A DNA stretch of 64,000 nucleotides from Takakia lepidozioides (taxonomy: Eukaryota > Plantae > Bryophyta), in the NCBI GenBank assembly GCA_030704615.1, contig CM060734.1:1612001-1676000 (forward strand). Reading direction: 5' to 3'. Within the stretch, counting starts at the first letter, position 1; every line of letters begins with the position of its first letter. The notes beneath the pieces are model-generated. The model did not search any database and had not been told where the DNA came from. It worked only from the letters and a program-made list of their open reading frames with translations. Position numbers and translations under genes: made by a program. Below are positions 34,167 to 49,100 of the stretch, piece after piece.

Positions 34167-37100
34167 TCACCTATCAGTCTTGACAGTTGGGTAGTCAGCA
34201 GCCCCAGCAGCTGGCGCAGGAAGCACATTACTGCCCGTGACTCCATTTGCAGCTGTCGATTGGTCCAAGTGGAAAGGCCTTCTTGACTTCCTTGGCAAAC
34301 CCATGTAGCTGCTGGAGCTTAGGAACTGGGATGTCATTCCATTCAGCTCGTTGTTAGCCATTGCATACAAGGCTGGAGACATGGCAGATCCCTTGGCGGC
34401 AGGAGGGGGTAGCCCTGTTGCATCTGCAAGGATGTAACCATCGTGATGGTGACTCGTAGTCTAAGGGCAACTCTTCCAATGTCTGGCCACAAGTCCACAA
34501 AAAGCCATAACTCATACATTCTGCCAAGTATTTCTCTGCCTCTGTGTAGCTCTGTCCCTCCATCCAATCAGGGTGCACACAAGGGTCTATGGATTTAAGA
34601 CTAGATTATCATGGCCTAATCACTACAAAAACAAAAAACTGTCCCGCAGAACATTCCTTCCATATTCTCCCCATCCTTTTTAAGTTCAGTGTCCCAATGT
34701 CAATCACTAAAGTCTTCCTCACTCTTTCTCAGTCTGCACTGCAAACCCCACAGATTACTTGCTAATCCATCTTTTCCATTTGCAATCATTGCAATTTGTG
34801 CATAATTACATCATTGTTTGCTATACCCCACAGCCCTGCTGACTGCCAATGGAGGGGCTCTTGGACAAGTGTCCTACCAGAAGTGCACACTGAAAGAGTG
34901 TACAAAAGATAAATTTGAGCTTTGTTTGAAACCTATGTAACATGCTCACAGCTCCTTGGCCAAGACGAGGATTGAGTGATATTGATGGAGTTAAAGGCCC
35001 AAAAAAAGGCCCATTAATGACCAAAAATGCCATCGACTGCATCAATGACAATGGTCCGCTTAAGTAAAGTATGACTTTTTATAACAGGGAAAAATAGCTG
35101 CGAGATCAAGAAAAGGTGGTGTCCACTTCCTGCACCCAAAGCGGTAGAGCTCTCTCAGCCACGCATCCATGTATGCCAGCCATCCACATGCACAGGCTTG
35201 TTATGGATGGTTCACATAACATAAATACTTACAAACTCATACGTACATGCATATATATTCTACTTGTATGTATGTTTCACGCCATCTGCATACATCAGTG
35301 ATAGTGCCATACATATTTGAGGTCCTCAGCCTTGCTCTCAGCTCCTCTTATGAACTCACCTAGCTCAATGAGCAGCCTCTGTGTAGATCCAGAGGCCATC
35401 ACTGAGTACATCTATTACACAGCTAGTGCTGCGACAATCTTATCAAATTAAGCTGTCTGGAAGGAAATTCTGTGATGCAGTCCTGCTAGTGTGAAGTCGT
35501 TTGCCTCTGGAGCAGCTACAGTCCCTTTGGTTAGACGATTATAACAATTGGTTATGCTCGGTGTGCCTCCTAGTTTCTTATGGGGAATTTCCTTCATTTC
35601 TCTTTTTTCCTGGACTAAACCTTACCAGTTCACCCATGAGAGTAGTAACATCTCTAACCTACAAAGAAAGACGAAGTAACTTTATACCAGCTACTGCACA
35701 GAATGTGCTAGACCTTCCTAGAACACCACCATCTAAGGGGCATGGAGAGACCTAAACAGGAATAGACTGGGAATGGAGCATGTGCGTAAATACCCATGCA
35801 GCTTGCTGCAGCACCCGCAGTATCTCTTTGCAACGTTTTCGCTTCACAGCAATCTCTTCTTTCTCCTGAAGCATCTCCTCAAACAAATTCTCCCTGCACA
35901 TGCACCGGCCTGAGATCACCGACTCCCAACTTGCAACAACAAGAGCTGATTGTCCCAAATCTCGTTAAAAGACAGACATACAGAAAGAAAGATGAATGGC
36001 TTCCAGCGCTGCTTGTAGCATGATAGACAAGAAAGCATACACCTATATGGTTTTGAACCCGCGATCACTGGGCTACCCACTGGGCTATCAGTTCAATGCT
36101 GAGACGAGTAAAATTTGTGAGCTACAAGATGGAATTGTGATTTTTGGTTGAAGACCACCGAGTTTGGGGTGAGATGACAACCACGCCATGACCGCCATAC
36201 CTGTACAACTTTCTGATGAACACACTGTGCAACTCCCGCTTGACCTCATTCACCTGGACACCACCATTGCCAACCTTCTGTTAGATGCACACTTCTGTTA
36301 GATGCAGACTTGGCTTGTCTTAGCCTGGTGGACGTATATCCCGCTACCAAAAACGAGAGCACAAGGGGAGAGTTCTGAGCTTGGCGCCTAACTTCTGTAT
36401 GAGTCAAGAGTCTGCTTAGGTTTCATGATTTTGCCCAGGTTGCGCCTGTCACTTTACTGTGGCACACCAAGGCTTCTCAGGTCGATTTGGCATACATCCT
36501 TTTTACTGCACTTGGTATTTTCCATTTGCAGTTTGAAAACAGTTCCAACCTTATTTTACAGTAGGGTTCGACTTGGGAGTTGAAAAAAACTGTTGAGACT
36601 CAGTGGCGGTGATAGAAATCTCAAATATGTCTACACCGTGTACACTGTTTGTCTTCTCTCTCAAGGTCATTCCTCCTGGTTCCTAGGTCTACTCTAAAAA
36701 ATGCATTGGACTGGCTCACCAGAAAATGCATGATAGCTTTGGGCACACAATCCTGAATGTTTTTGCGCACAATGTCGTAGTATGACTTCAGCAGAAGCCG
36801 GGTCACTGCAATCTCCACTATCTCTTGCTCTGTTTGAGCATCAGTTGCCCTCAATACCGCAGGCGGCTGCATTACATGCCCCCAACCACCACGTCAGTAT
36901 TATAATTTCCATCCTCATTCATTGGTTGATTTAAATGACATCATACACTGCCACATGCAGAGTAACCAGAACATTCCTAACCAGAAGGTCTAGCGGAGTG
37001 AAAGGGGAGGGCAGCAATGTACAGCAATCAAGGACTGTGATGGGAGAGGCTAACCTCACGAAGCTGAATGCTTGCAAGCGTGGGCTCCAGGGCTCCTTGG

Positions 37101-40100
37101 ACAGGTTTACTGTATCCTCGATTGAGCACAAGCTCTTTCCCATTGCCGTTCGTGCCGGCCTCGCTGTTAAATATGGATGATATCCCCCAACTTCCTCCAG
37201 CTGCAGAGCTCCCTGAACACAGACGAAGCTTCAATTAATCAAGAGGTCCTTGTAACAACAGTAGAAGATGCTGAAGGCCCCAATCATGCATTACCAAATT
37301 TGAGTGACATTGAGCAGAGCACATGTTTATGAACCTTCCAAGCCTCCAATTTCTTCAATCAGATAGCATTTATTAAGTATACCCACAGAAAAACTGATAC
37401 AGACTGTTGTGTACTTACAGTCTGCATTTGTAATATCCACTGTTAAATTTAGTGGCACTGTACACAGGAATTATATGGTTGAAGATTAATCTCTTCCCAA
37501 GAACTTCCCGGCCTGTTTTCGAAAGTGATCAATGACACAACACACTGCCAGCTTCCCAGCAGTCCTCACTTCTATTCTAGCAAAGAGCTCAATGTTGACA
37601 TCATGACTTCATTGCACCTTTAGGACAACGAGAGGCACCCTTGCCTAAGTCCCGCTAGACCCTTACCTGAGGTACCAGCCTTCTCTTGCTGTGTAGACAG
37701 AGGCCTAGCAGCAATCTGCAAACAAGCCAGGAGGTGAAAAAACCGATTAGCCAGCACTTTGTGGAGCCCCCCACTATCGACAATAGGGGAGGAAGGAAAG
37801 AGAAAGACCCCTTTTCACCATTCTAACTGCAACAAGCACACAACTCAAGATTCATCTTCTTCCTTACAAAGGTGACTGGTCCCCAGGCCCAAGACAGAAC
37901 TTGTTCTGCCTGCCCTTTCCAGACCCTGTCTCTCCTACAAACAGGGCGGAGATTTTTTTGATAGAGAAGACAAAACCATATTTTCATGAATACATGGATC
38001 TTTGCTCCGCATCTGAAGAATGTCTGATACAAACCAATGACAAGAAACCAGGACCCTGATATGTAACAACAGGACATACATGCTCATGACCAACAAGTGT
38101 GGATGCATTGTTCCGGGCCAAAATTGCCCGTGCCTTGGCTGCCTTCTCTGGCAATGGTAGCCTGTCCGCCCCAGATTCCTTCCATTCATACGCATCCTGC
38201 AGGATCCACCATCAGCCCTCCACTAAATGAAATGTCGACCCAAAAAAGGCCACACCCATACAAGTGCTCTATGACAGTGCGGTTGAACTTTTATCCATTT
38301 TATCACACTAGTATGACCATCTCAGGCACTCCACAGATCACTGCATGATGAATCTTTCCAAATCTGTTTCAAGTATGTTTTGTCAGCTATTTGATGTGGA
38401 AATATGTTCAGCTATGTTCATAGTTCATACACAAACAGAGAAGGATATTTTGTGGATGACCCATGATAGTTTGGAGGTGGTTAAGGGATGTTTCGTTATG
38501 GTGACAGAATATGAATCAAACCAATACTACAATGCACACATGGAAGCTGCTTATCCAGTGCAGTGATGCATCCACAGCAAGTACTTCCCAATCTACTAGC
38601 AGTCAAAGACATTGAAGAGAATAACCGCAGGTACAAATGATTCTAATGCCTAGAACCCTGCCAACCAAGGTGACTGGGCTCTCAGGCAGTAACCTTGGCT
38701 TTGGTAGTGTTAGAAGGTGACACCTTGGCACCCCGCTGCTGCTGCAACGCCATCTCCACTGCCTTACTGCCACCCACGAATCCGGGGTGGGACGTATTGA
38801 TGTAGTCCATCTGCCAACCATGCACATCCCAAATGGACCAACCAAATAATCAATCAACAGTTCTATCAAACAACCCTATCCTGCGATTAAAATGATGATC
38901 ATGTTTTTCTGCTGATGATGCTCAGTAGAACTTTACTTCATTTTATAATGTTGGTTATGGTACAGTACCTTCTTTTCCTTCAACCATAGAATAATGGGCT
39001 TCATCTCCTACCAGATAAAGTTGAACAATACCTGTGCAAACACCCAACAATAGTTGACATCCAGCTCATACATTTGCTACAACAGAAATTATAGAAAGGA
39101 ACCAACCTCCATTGCAATAAGATGGCCGATCATGGTTTCTAAAGGAGCCAAGCCCTCTCGCAAAAAACCGGCCATCACTTCCTCAATGCAGCGCCGTAAT
39201 GTGGGGAAGCGCTGTAACTCATTTGTTTCACACCGATGCGATATCTGCAACAAACGCAATCATTCAATACCTTCAAGCTTTGGCCATATAAGAAACGATT
39301 CCTCAACCCACATTCCCCATGTGTCAAAGAGCTGTTGAGCAGGTGACTTATACCTGGGAACAGACAATTAATCCGCGTTTTCCAGATATCCTCTAGAAAT
39401 CCCTTCACACAAGCAACAATCTGCTATGTGTGGTTTGCCCAATAACTAGGCCCCAAAAGGGCCTGGGCTTTTGGCTCAGCCTCGAGACTTTCAAAGTTGA
39501 TAAACAGAGGTTCAGGCACAATTCCCTTGATGGATTTGAAGAGGGCGACTCTCTTGTGGGAGTACCCAGGACAACGAATCAGAAAATGAATATTGTCTTC
39601 AGATTGCCCACACAACGGGAAATTGCAACCCCTCTTTCCTCGCTGCATCTGTTTGCTGTTAAAAGGTAGGCTTCCCGCCGAGGGTGGGTACACCCTTGAG
39701 GTCATCCATGATGGCTCCCATGTCATAGACTGGAACAAGTTCAGGGAAGTTTTCTGCCTAACCTCATTTTCATCAGAATTTCCTGGCAACAGACATGGCT
39801 TTAGACACTACAGCCTCTAAGTCAGATTTATCCAACAAGGTCAAGACTTGTGAGCTTAGATTCAGATCCTTGAGGATCTCTTCTACTCTCTTCCGCCAGG
39901 ACTTAGCCTGTTTGACAGGGCGATCGTACTTCCAAGATACAGAGTCGATTAACTTAGGATATCTGATATTAGAATGTACTCATAAGACGTTGTTTGCCGT
40001 AGCCTTGTGGCCATTGACCCCGCGCCCAGTTTGAGCTGAAACCAAAGGGACAGAACCTACCTCTGTCAGGGGCTGACGTTGGTAGTAAGACTTACCTTGA

Positions 40101-43100
40101 TACATAGAATTGATCCGGGTTTTCCAGATATCCTCTAGAAATCCCTTCACACAAGCATCAATCTGCTGTGTGTGATTTGCCCAAAAACTAGGCCTCAGAA
40201 GGGCCTGGGCTTTTGGCTCAGCCTCGAGACTTTCAAAGTTGGTAAACAGAGGTACAGGCACAATTCCCTTGATAGATTTGAAGAGAGCGTCTCTTTGGTG
40301 AGAGAACCCCGGACAGTGTATCAGAAAATGAATACTGTCTTCAGGTTGCCCACACAACGGGCAATTGCACTCTCCCTTTCCTCTCTGCTTCTGTTTGCTG
40401 TTCAAAGGTAGGCTTCCTGCCCTGAGTTTAAATTTCAGTCTAGTGCCAAGAGTGGGTAGACCCTTGAGGTCATGCAAGATGTCCTCCCCCATGTCACAGA
40501 CTGGAAACAAGTTCAGGGAGGTTTTCTGCCTAACTTCATTTTCATCAGACAATTTCATGGCAACAGAAATGGCTTTGGACACTACAGCCTCTAAGTCAGA
40601 TTTATCCAGCAGGGTCAAGACTTGCGGATCCAGATCCAGGTCCTTGAGAATCTCTTCTACTCTCTTCTGCCAGGACTTAGCCTGTTTGACAGGGCCCTGT
40701 TTCCAAGATATAGAGTCGATGAACTTAGGATATCTGGTGTTGGACATATGTTGCAGCTGACCCCACCATCTGACCTTGAATTCATCTCGTCGGGAGCTTA
40801 AGGACGGAATGCCAAACACACCCCGAACAGCCACATTGGCTGTTTTGGAGCATGCTGACATACACTCCTTAAGCACCCCCACTTGAATGGATTCTAGAGA
40901 CTTAGCCTGGTTGGAGTTATCAACCCATATTGCAGATCCGTACTCCAAGGCAGGTCTAATAACGCGACAAAGCATGGTTTTCTTAACCTCAGAGTTGACC
41001 CCTCTGCAGTGGAAAAATTTAGTGAGCCCCAGAGCTTTGCCCTTTGCCAGTTTGAACAACTTTCCGGATATGTGCATCCCAATTACAATTGAAGGAAAAC
41101 TCAACGCCCAGGTAAGTGTAGGAAGGGAGGACCGGGATCTCTTGGATACCCCACTGCCACTTAAGAACACTTCCTCCCTCTCCTCTGTCGTTGAATGCTA
41201 CCACTGCATATTTGCTGACGTTAGCCTCTAGCCCCCAAAGATCAAAGTATCTCTTCGCGCAATCAACAGGGCGGTCCTGTTTCCAAGATATAGAGTCGAT
41301 TAACTTAGGATATCTGATATTAGACATATGTTGCAGCTGACCCCACCATCTGACCTTGAATTCATCTCGTCGGGAGCTTAAGGAAGGGATGCCAAACTCA
41401 CCCGAACAGCCGCGTTGGCTGTTTTGGAGCATGCTGACATGCACTCATTGAGCACCCCCCGTTGAATAGATTCTAGAGACTTAGCCTGGTTGGAGATATC
41501 AACCCATACTGCAGATGTGTACTCCCAGGCAGGCTAATGACACGGCAAAGCATGGTTTTTTTACTTCAGTCCCTCTACAGTGGAAAAATTTAGTGAGACC
41601 CAGCGCTTTGTGCGTGCCAGATTGAACGACTATTTGAACATGTGCATTCCAATTACAGTTGGAGGAAAACTAGTTGTAGGAAGGGAGGACCGGAATCTCT
41701 TGGCCTCCCTACTGCCACTTGATCACCTCCTCCCTCCCCTCAGTCGTTGAATGCCACCACTGCGCATTTACTGACGTTAGCCTCTAGCCCCCAAAGGTCA
41801 AAGTATCTCTTTGCGCAATCAATCAACTCCTGGAGATAGGAAGGAGTCTCCCCTAGGCCTGCGAAGTCATCCACAAACATAAGGGCTGGTACGGTGGCAT
41901 CACCCACCCTTAACTCAAATCCCTCACTTTCCACATCCTCGAGGAGTTGATTGATGAAAACATTGAAGAGCAGAGGGGAGAGGATACATCCTTGAGCTAC
42001 ACCTTGGTCTATGTCAAAGAAGCTAGATTTCTGTCCATCAAAATACAGCTTTTGGTGTGAGGACAGACACTACCTTTGTGAGGGGCTCACTCCGGTTGTG
42101 AGACTTACCTTGATAAAAAAACAATTAATTCGGGCTTTCCAGATAGTTGGTGAACCCAGGTGCAGGAACAATGTTCATGAACCTGAAGAGGGTCATCCTC
42201 TGGTGAGAATACCCCGGACAACGTATCAGGAATGAAGAGTCTTCAAGCTGCCCACACATTGATCTCCCTTTTCTCTCTGCATCTGAGAGATTGTACTCAT
42301 AAGACATTGTTTGCCGTAGCCTTGTGGCCATTGACCCCGCGCCCTGTTTGAGCAGAAACAAAAGGGACAGAACCTACCTCTGTCAGGGGCTGACGTTGGT
42401 AGTAAGACTTACCTTCATATATAGAATTAATCCGGGTTTTCCAGATATCCTCTAGAAATCCCTTCACACAAGCATCAATCTGCTGTGTGTGATTTGCCCA
42501 AAAACTAGGCCTCAGGAGGGCCTGGGCTTTTGGCTCCGCCTCAAGACTTTCAAAGTTGGTAAACAGAGGTACAGGCACAATTCCCTTGATAGATTTGAAG
42601 AGAGCGTCTCTTTGGTGAGAGAACCCCGGACAGTGTATCAGAAAATGAATACTGTCTTCAGATTGCCCACACAACGGGAGAGAGAGAGGGGAAACGGGGG
42701 GGGGGAGGGGAAAGACTGTATGCCGTCTACAGGGGGCCTTCAGGATCTATGAGAAAGAAAAAGACTTATAATGTACATGGGGGACCACAAGGACCCCAAG
42801 AGACCAAGGAAACTTTACAACGGCCATGGGGAAGAGAGAGAGAGAAAACCTTCACAATCTCATCATAGATAAAGCGGGCACACTGCAGACTGGGCTCAAG
42901 CAACCGTGCAATCTGGCGCCGGACCAACACTTCAAATGGCACCTGGGCAGCAGACGCAAGACTCAACCATTAAAGTTGAAATCAGTGAGCTTGGTATGTC
43001 TACCGCTAAAATGCTCCCCAAATTTCTTTCCCCAATATCATAGATGGGCAGACCTCTTGCTCCCCCACCCTTACCCAGGTGAACCCTCCCCACAGCACAA

Positions 43101-46100
43101 GCATCTGAGAACCCCAGTCAGATCATGAAGAGTGCTTCATGATAGTGCGCACTTCATCTCTCGAAAGCACACACAGGTCTAGATCTTAACCATTTTAAGC
43201 AAATTTGGGGAATGGTTGGTAGTAGCGTTGACTCTGTCACACCTGCCAATGCTATGTCATAACGTGATTGGGTGACACTTTTTTAAATCTAAGATTGAAA
43301 ACTCTATATCAAGTTGTCAAACTGGTCAGGCGGTTGGTGATAAAATGCAAATGATCGAGGTTGGAATCTTGCATATCAAGAGTTATCTCGCAACATACTC
43401 CTTATCAGCCTACTCTTAAACTGTAACTTAACTCTCTCCCTGTCCTCTAGGAAGCCTATTGCCATTGGGTGGACTTGATACGGGAGTACATTAATGTCTC
43501 TGTGACTAAATGCCGGCCTTGTGACCTCGTGTCTTTGTTTGTTTCGACCTGAAGCGCTTTGCTCCAGGTAAGGTAGTGCATTGGATTTAGTTGGAAAGCT
43601 TGGGGCCTTTCCCTCTTTAGAATATGCCTACACGGGCCATTCCCTGCAACTCCCTGGAGTGTGATCTCTGAATGGTAACAAGCGGACCCCTACCGCTTGG
43701 GGGCAGCCCCTCCGCCCAAATTGGGCAGTCGTATGCTCTGTCTAGCATACTCGGCACTTGGGCTAGGGTTGGTCCTTGTGCTTAAAGTTATGGCCTACGA
43801 AAACAATCATTACATTACCTACTCTCAACAGCAACACTCCCCAGGGTGATTCCTGGGAATTGGTTACTTATGCCAAATCTAGGGCTTCATGTGTAGTTTT
43901 TGGGGTGAATCCCAGGATGGACGATGTGTCCTTTAAAACTACATGCTCTAGCTTAGGCTTGGATTTCATGGCCAATGGCTCCATCTCGAGACTTGATAAC
44001 AGGGGTACTTTGAAGGTTGCAATGCCCAAAAATGCAAACATCAACTCAATCTCATAGAAGTTCGTCCCTTGCCTGGCTGGAGGGCGGTTTTAGACATTGG
44101 TGATTCAATGGGGCGCTCTAGGAAGACAACCAAGGGCAGGGACTTCAACTTGAGAGTTTCTAATCAGTTTGATGCTCTGGACGAGGTTGAATCCAAGCAG
44201 CGTGACGGACAATCTGCCCATAAATGTACGGAATCTGAACGTCGTGTATCTGAAGATTTTGGTACTCTGAACGGTTTACCAATCCTCAAAGTTTACACAA
44301 GACGTGCAAAATCTATACATGGGGTAATTGTCACTAAGCAGTCAGACGGACAACTTGTCCCTAAGTGTGCGGAATCTGAACGTCGTGTAACTGAAGGATT
44401 TGGTACTCTGAATGGTTTACCAATTCTCAAAGTTTACACAAGACGAGCAAAATCTACACACGGGGTAACTGCCCCCTCTTTGCAGAACGGTTGGCTGTCC
44501 AGGAGCAATCTTAAGCTACCTAGACGACAAACAATTCACATGCAAAGGGCTGGCTTGCGGCTCAACTTCTCAGGGCTGACTAACCAAAGGAAACAACTCG
44601 AAGTGGGACAAGTTCTTCGGACTAATGATATTCATATCTGTGCTGGGCAAGAAACTTGGGAAACGTCGGATAAACTGGTTGGAGATGTCATTGGTTATAA
44701 ATGGGCAGGTAAGATGTGTACTCTCAAGGCAGCCTCTGCCAAACGCGGTCAAAAAGGGGTTGGATTCTTCGTCATTTCTTGTTTGACAATTGTGAAATTA
44801 TCAACAAGGGTTTGAGGTACGAGCATAGTATCTGGCTGAAGCTGAAACTGAAGGGCGGCATGAGTACGAAGGACCTCTTTGTGGGTTGTGTTTACATGCC
44901 CACAGAGGGGACCCTTAGTGCTGACGCAGACAAAGCCTTCGAAGATGTAAAGCTAGACTGTGCTTCGTTCCTTGCCAAAGGTCAGGTGATTTTATTGGGT
45001 GACTTCAATGCCCGGGTGGGTAAAGGTCTCCATTAGGATGATATCATTGGCCTTTTGGTGAGGACGAGCTGAACTCTAATGGCAGACAGTTAATTAACTG
45101 TCTGGAAGAGCTTCAGCTTCTGGCCTTGAACAATAGGGCAAAAGGTGACCAAGTGCAGTGGACTCGTGAGAAAGCCCAAACTGGGGAACGTTCCATTGTG
45201 GATTATATCATAATGGACAAAAATTTGTTTCCCCAAAGTGCCAGTGTGTTGATCGACAGAACTGATATTGGTACCTCTGACCACTTCCTGGTTTGGACTG
45301 AGATCAAAAGGTGTTTTCCCTGTTAGAAGTCAGCTCAGATTTAGTTAGCTAGGGTTCTGTTAGGGTTTTTTGACGGCTAGGGATAGTTCTACCAGAAGGT
45401 TCCAGCCCATGTTTCCACTAGAAGTTTCTAGAGAACCCATGTAGGATTTAAGGGAAAGGCTGAGGCAATGCCCAGCACTTCTTCTAGCATTTTGGATGTG
45501 CTATCCTAGTAGATTGCAGAGAGAGGAGGAGGAGAAGTCCAGCATCTACTTTTGTAAGTTTTTTCTTTTGCAGTAAGGAGCATTCTTGTTAGGACTGACA
45601 CTTTTTGTTAGTACTAACTCTTTGGTTGGTTTAGGCTGTCAGTTTTTGTACTGCTGCTTGTGCTAGAAGCTATCTGTCAATATCTCTAGGAGGTAGAGGA
45701 CAGGTCTAGTTTCCAACAGGTTATGGCCCACAAGACATTACAACTACTTGGACAGTTGAGCCACTGGATGGCAACAACTATAAGAGTTGGATCTACACGA
45801 TGCAGCTCCTGCTCTCTTCAAAGGGCCTATGGTCAGTAGTGAGCCTTCAGAGGATAACCTGAAGGAGGAGAGATGGATCCAAAAGAATGAGCTTGCAATC
45901 GCAGCTCTGGTCACAAACATGAGATCAAAGCTGGTAGTTTTGGTAAGGAATCTTACAACTGCTCATGAGGTCTGGCAGACTTTAAGTGAGGTGTATGAGA
46001 CAGATGCGATGGGGAAAGAATATGTCCTATGGAAACAGCTCATGGACTTGAGAATGAGAGAAGGTGAGAGTGTAGCCATTCACATTGCCACTGTTAAAGC

Positions 46101-49100
46101 CATGTGTCTGGAGATAATTGGTGCGGGAGAACCCATGACTGAATCACTTCAGATCATGACCTTGTTTGGCACCTTGCCAAAGAGTTATGACATGGTGGAA
46201 ACCGCATTGGCTACTCATGGTAAGAGTAGACTGAGTTGGAAGTATGTCACTTCACAACTCATCATGGAAGAAAGCAAGCTGACTAGGGGTAGCTCAAGTA
46301 TGGACAATGCCCTGACGGCTACTTCCATCAAGAAAGATGGAGCATGTTTCCGATGCGGCAAATTTGGGCATTTCCAGAAGGACTGCAAGGTGAAGATTGA
46401 CAAGTCCAAGAAGGACAAGTGGAGACCAAGGAAAGGGAAGTCTGTACATGCACATGTCGCTGACATGGGCAACGACAGTGAAGTTCACCTGTTTATGGCA
46501 GATGCAGCTTACAGTCGTGATAAAGACTACCTGCTGACTACTGAAGGAGAACACTGTGGAGATGAGTGGTATTTGGACTCTGGAGCTACTAAGCACATGT
46601 GTGGGAGGAAGGAGTTGTTTCACAACTTGAAACCCATTCAGCCTAGGAGCGTAAAGATGGGCAACAAGACGTTTTCTGTAAGTACGATGATGGGAGAAAT
46701 CCCTGTCAACTTTATCAGAAAAGAGAGTAAGGTTACCCGTTGTACCCTTCAGAAAGTCCTGTATGTGCCAGACTTGGCAAAGAATCTGATCTCTGTTAGT
46801 ACCTTGGATGAGCTTGGGTATGATGTCATTTTCAGAAACAATGCTTGCAGCATCCAGAAGGGCAACGAGGAACTCTGCTATGGTGTGAAGGAGCAGAGAC
46901 TCTACAAGCTTTTGAGTACATCTGGAACTCAGGAGGAGGCCAATGTTGGGGACACAATGGACACTGCACCATTGTGGCATAGAAGGTTGGGTCACTTGGG
47001 GACACAAGCGATCAAGGATCTTCAAAAGTTGGCGCTGGGGCTGAATGTGGACTGGTCACATGAGCTACAGTTCTGTGAAGGATGTGCTAAAGGAGAATGG
47101 AGTGGCAGAGAGATTAAACAGAACACTGGTTGAGAAGGCTAGATGTATGCTACAGACCTCAGGCCTTGGACCAGAGTTTTGGGGAGAGGCGATCAGCAAT
47201 GCCATCTATCTGAAAAATTTGAGTCCCACGCGAGCTTTGAAAGACATGACTCCAGAGGAGGCATGGAGTGGGAAGAAACCAAACCTGAAGCATCTAAGAG
47301 TTTTTGGTTGTGCTGCTTATGCATTGATACCTGACGAGCAAAGGAGCAAGTTGGATGCCAAGTCAGGCATCATCGCCATTCTCATTGTTCACAATACACA
47401 TGTGCTCAAATTGGCTGATGTGTACATCAGGATCCCCTTTTCCTACATATATTGGAAAATGTGGTTTTGCCCGTGTTGGTTGTAACGCCATCTGTGGCCC
47501 TACCCGCTGCCCAGTGACAGGTGCTGGCCCCCCTGCTGGTGCTGGTCCTCGAGGACCTGTTGTAGTTGTGGTGGAACTTCCACCAAGTGCTGGCCCCTGA
47601 GCACTCCCTCCTACTGGCCCCACTATATTCACAGTATTCCCAACTCCAGTTGCACTACTTCCCACACTCCCTGTCCCCCCAGAGCCAGATCCAGGCTGCC
47701 CGCCTGATCCCCCTGAGCCGACACCTTCGTTGGCCTGTGATCCAAGTGCTCCACTTGATCCAGGTCCAACAGGTTGGGATGTCCTGGTTGTAGTCTCAAC
47801 CTCAGCTGTTGGGTCTACTTCTTCATACTCTTCATCTTCCAATTTCTTCTCTCTGTTTTTATCTTCCAAGTTCTGCCCTTGGGTTTCTTCTTCTTCACTC
47901 ATGTAACTCAATTCCAATGGTGTTGGAGAGTCTGAACTCTCCGTTGGCTCTGCCACATCCTCTCCTCCTTCTTCGTCTTCCGTTTCAGAAATTGGAGTTC
48001 CTGCTTTTGGTGTTCCATGCCAACTCTTATCAAAGATGTCTGTCAAATCTTTTATCCAGGGATGTACCTCAGATCTTTCACCTCGTGGTTGATCTTCTTC
48101 CTGTACCAATTCCCTTAATCTTTCTTCGTTGGGTATGATCTGGGATGCAAGGGGTACAAGGTCTACAATCCCAGAACCAGGAGTAGAGATGTCCTGTTTG
48201 ATGAGGATAGTTTTGGGAAGGAGACAAAGCCCAAGGATCTGTCTGTTCCTGTGATAATCCCTGATGTGGGAGAAAAAGAAAGGGAACAACCAGTACTAAA
48301 GGTTTACACTCGAAGGGAGAAGGTGGCGAAGAAACCAGAAGAGGATGAAGATTCTGAAGATTGGGATCCTATTGACAAGGATGGGGGGCCTAGAAGGTCA
48401 GGAAGGATCAGCAAAACCCCAGAAAGGTTTGGAGCTAATGCGGCAGAAGGACTGACTGGTCTGACTATGGATGACATAGGGCAGATGGAAAGTTGTTTCC
48501 ATGCCCTTGATGATGCAGAGGAGCCAGCCACCCTCAATGACGCTTTGGCAAGGGATGATGCCAATGAGTGGGAGGGAGCTGTACTAGAGGAGATGAAATC
48601 TCTGAAAAAAAACCAGACTTGGGAGCTGGTAACACTGCCTGGTGGTAGAAAGGCGGTAGATTGCAAGTGGGTTTTCAAAGTGAAAAGAGGACCCAACAAT
48701 GAGATAGTGAAGTACAAGGCCAGACTTGTGGCCAGAGGCTTCACACAGACTGCAGGGCTTGACTACAATGAAACTTTTGCCCCGGTGGCAAAGTTCACCT
48801 CCATCCGATGTTTACTGGCATTGGCAGCGAAGCATGACTGGGAGATAGAACACATGGACGTGAAGACTGCATTCTTGAATGGGGATCTCCAGGAGGAGAT
48901 CTACATGAAACAACCAGAAGGCTTCCAAGAAGGTGATAAGGTGTGTCGGCTCAAGAAATCGTTATATGGACTCAAACAGGCATCGAGGACATGGTATGAG
49001 AAGATCAATAGCTACTTGACAGGCCAAGGTTTTGTAAGGAGTACAGCTGATCAGAGCATTTACTACATGACATCAGGTGTCATGATAATAGCACTCTATG

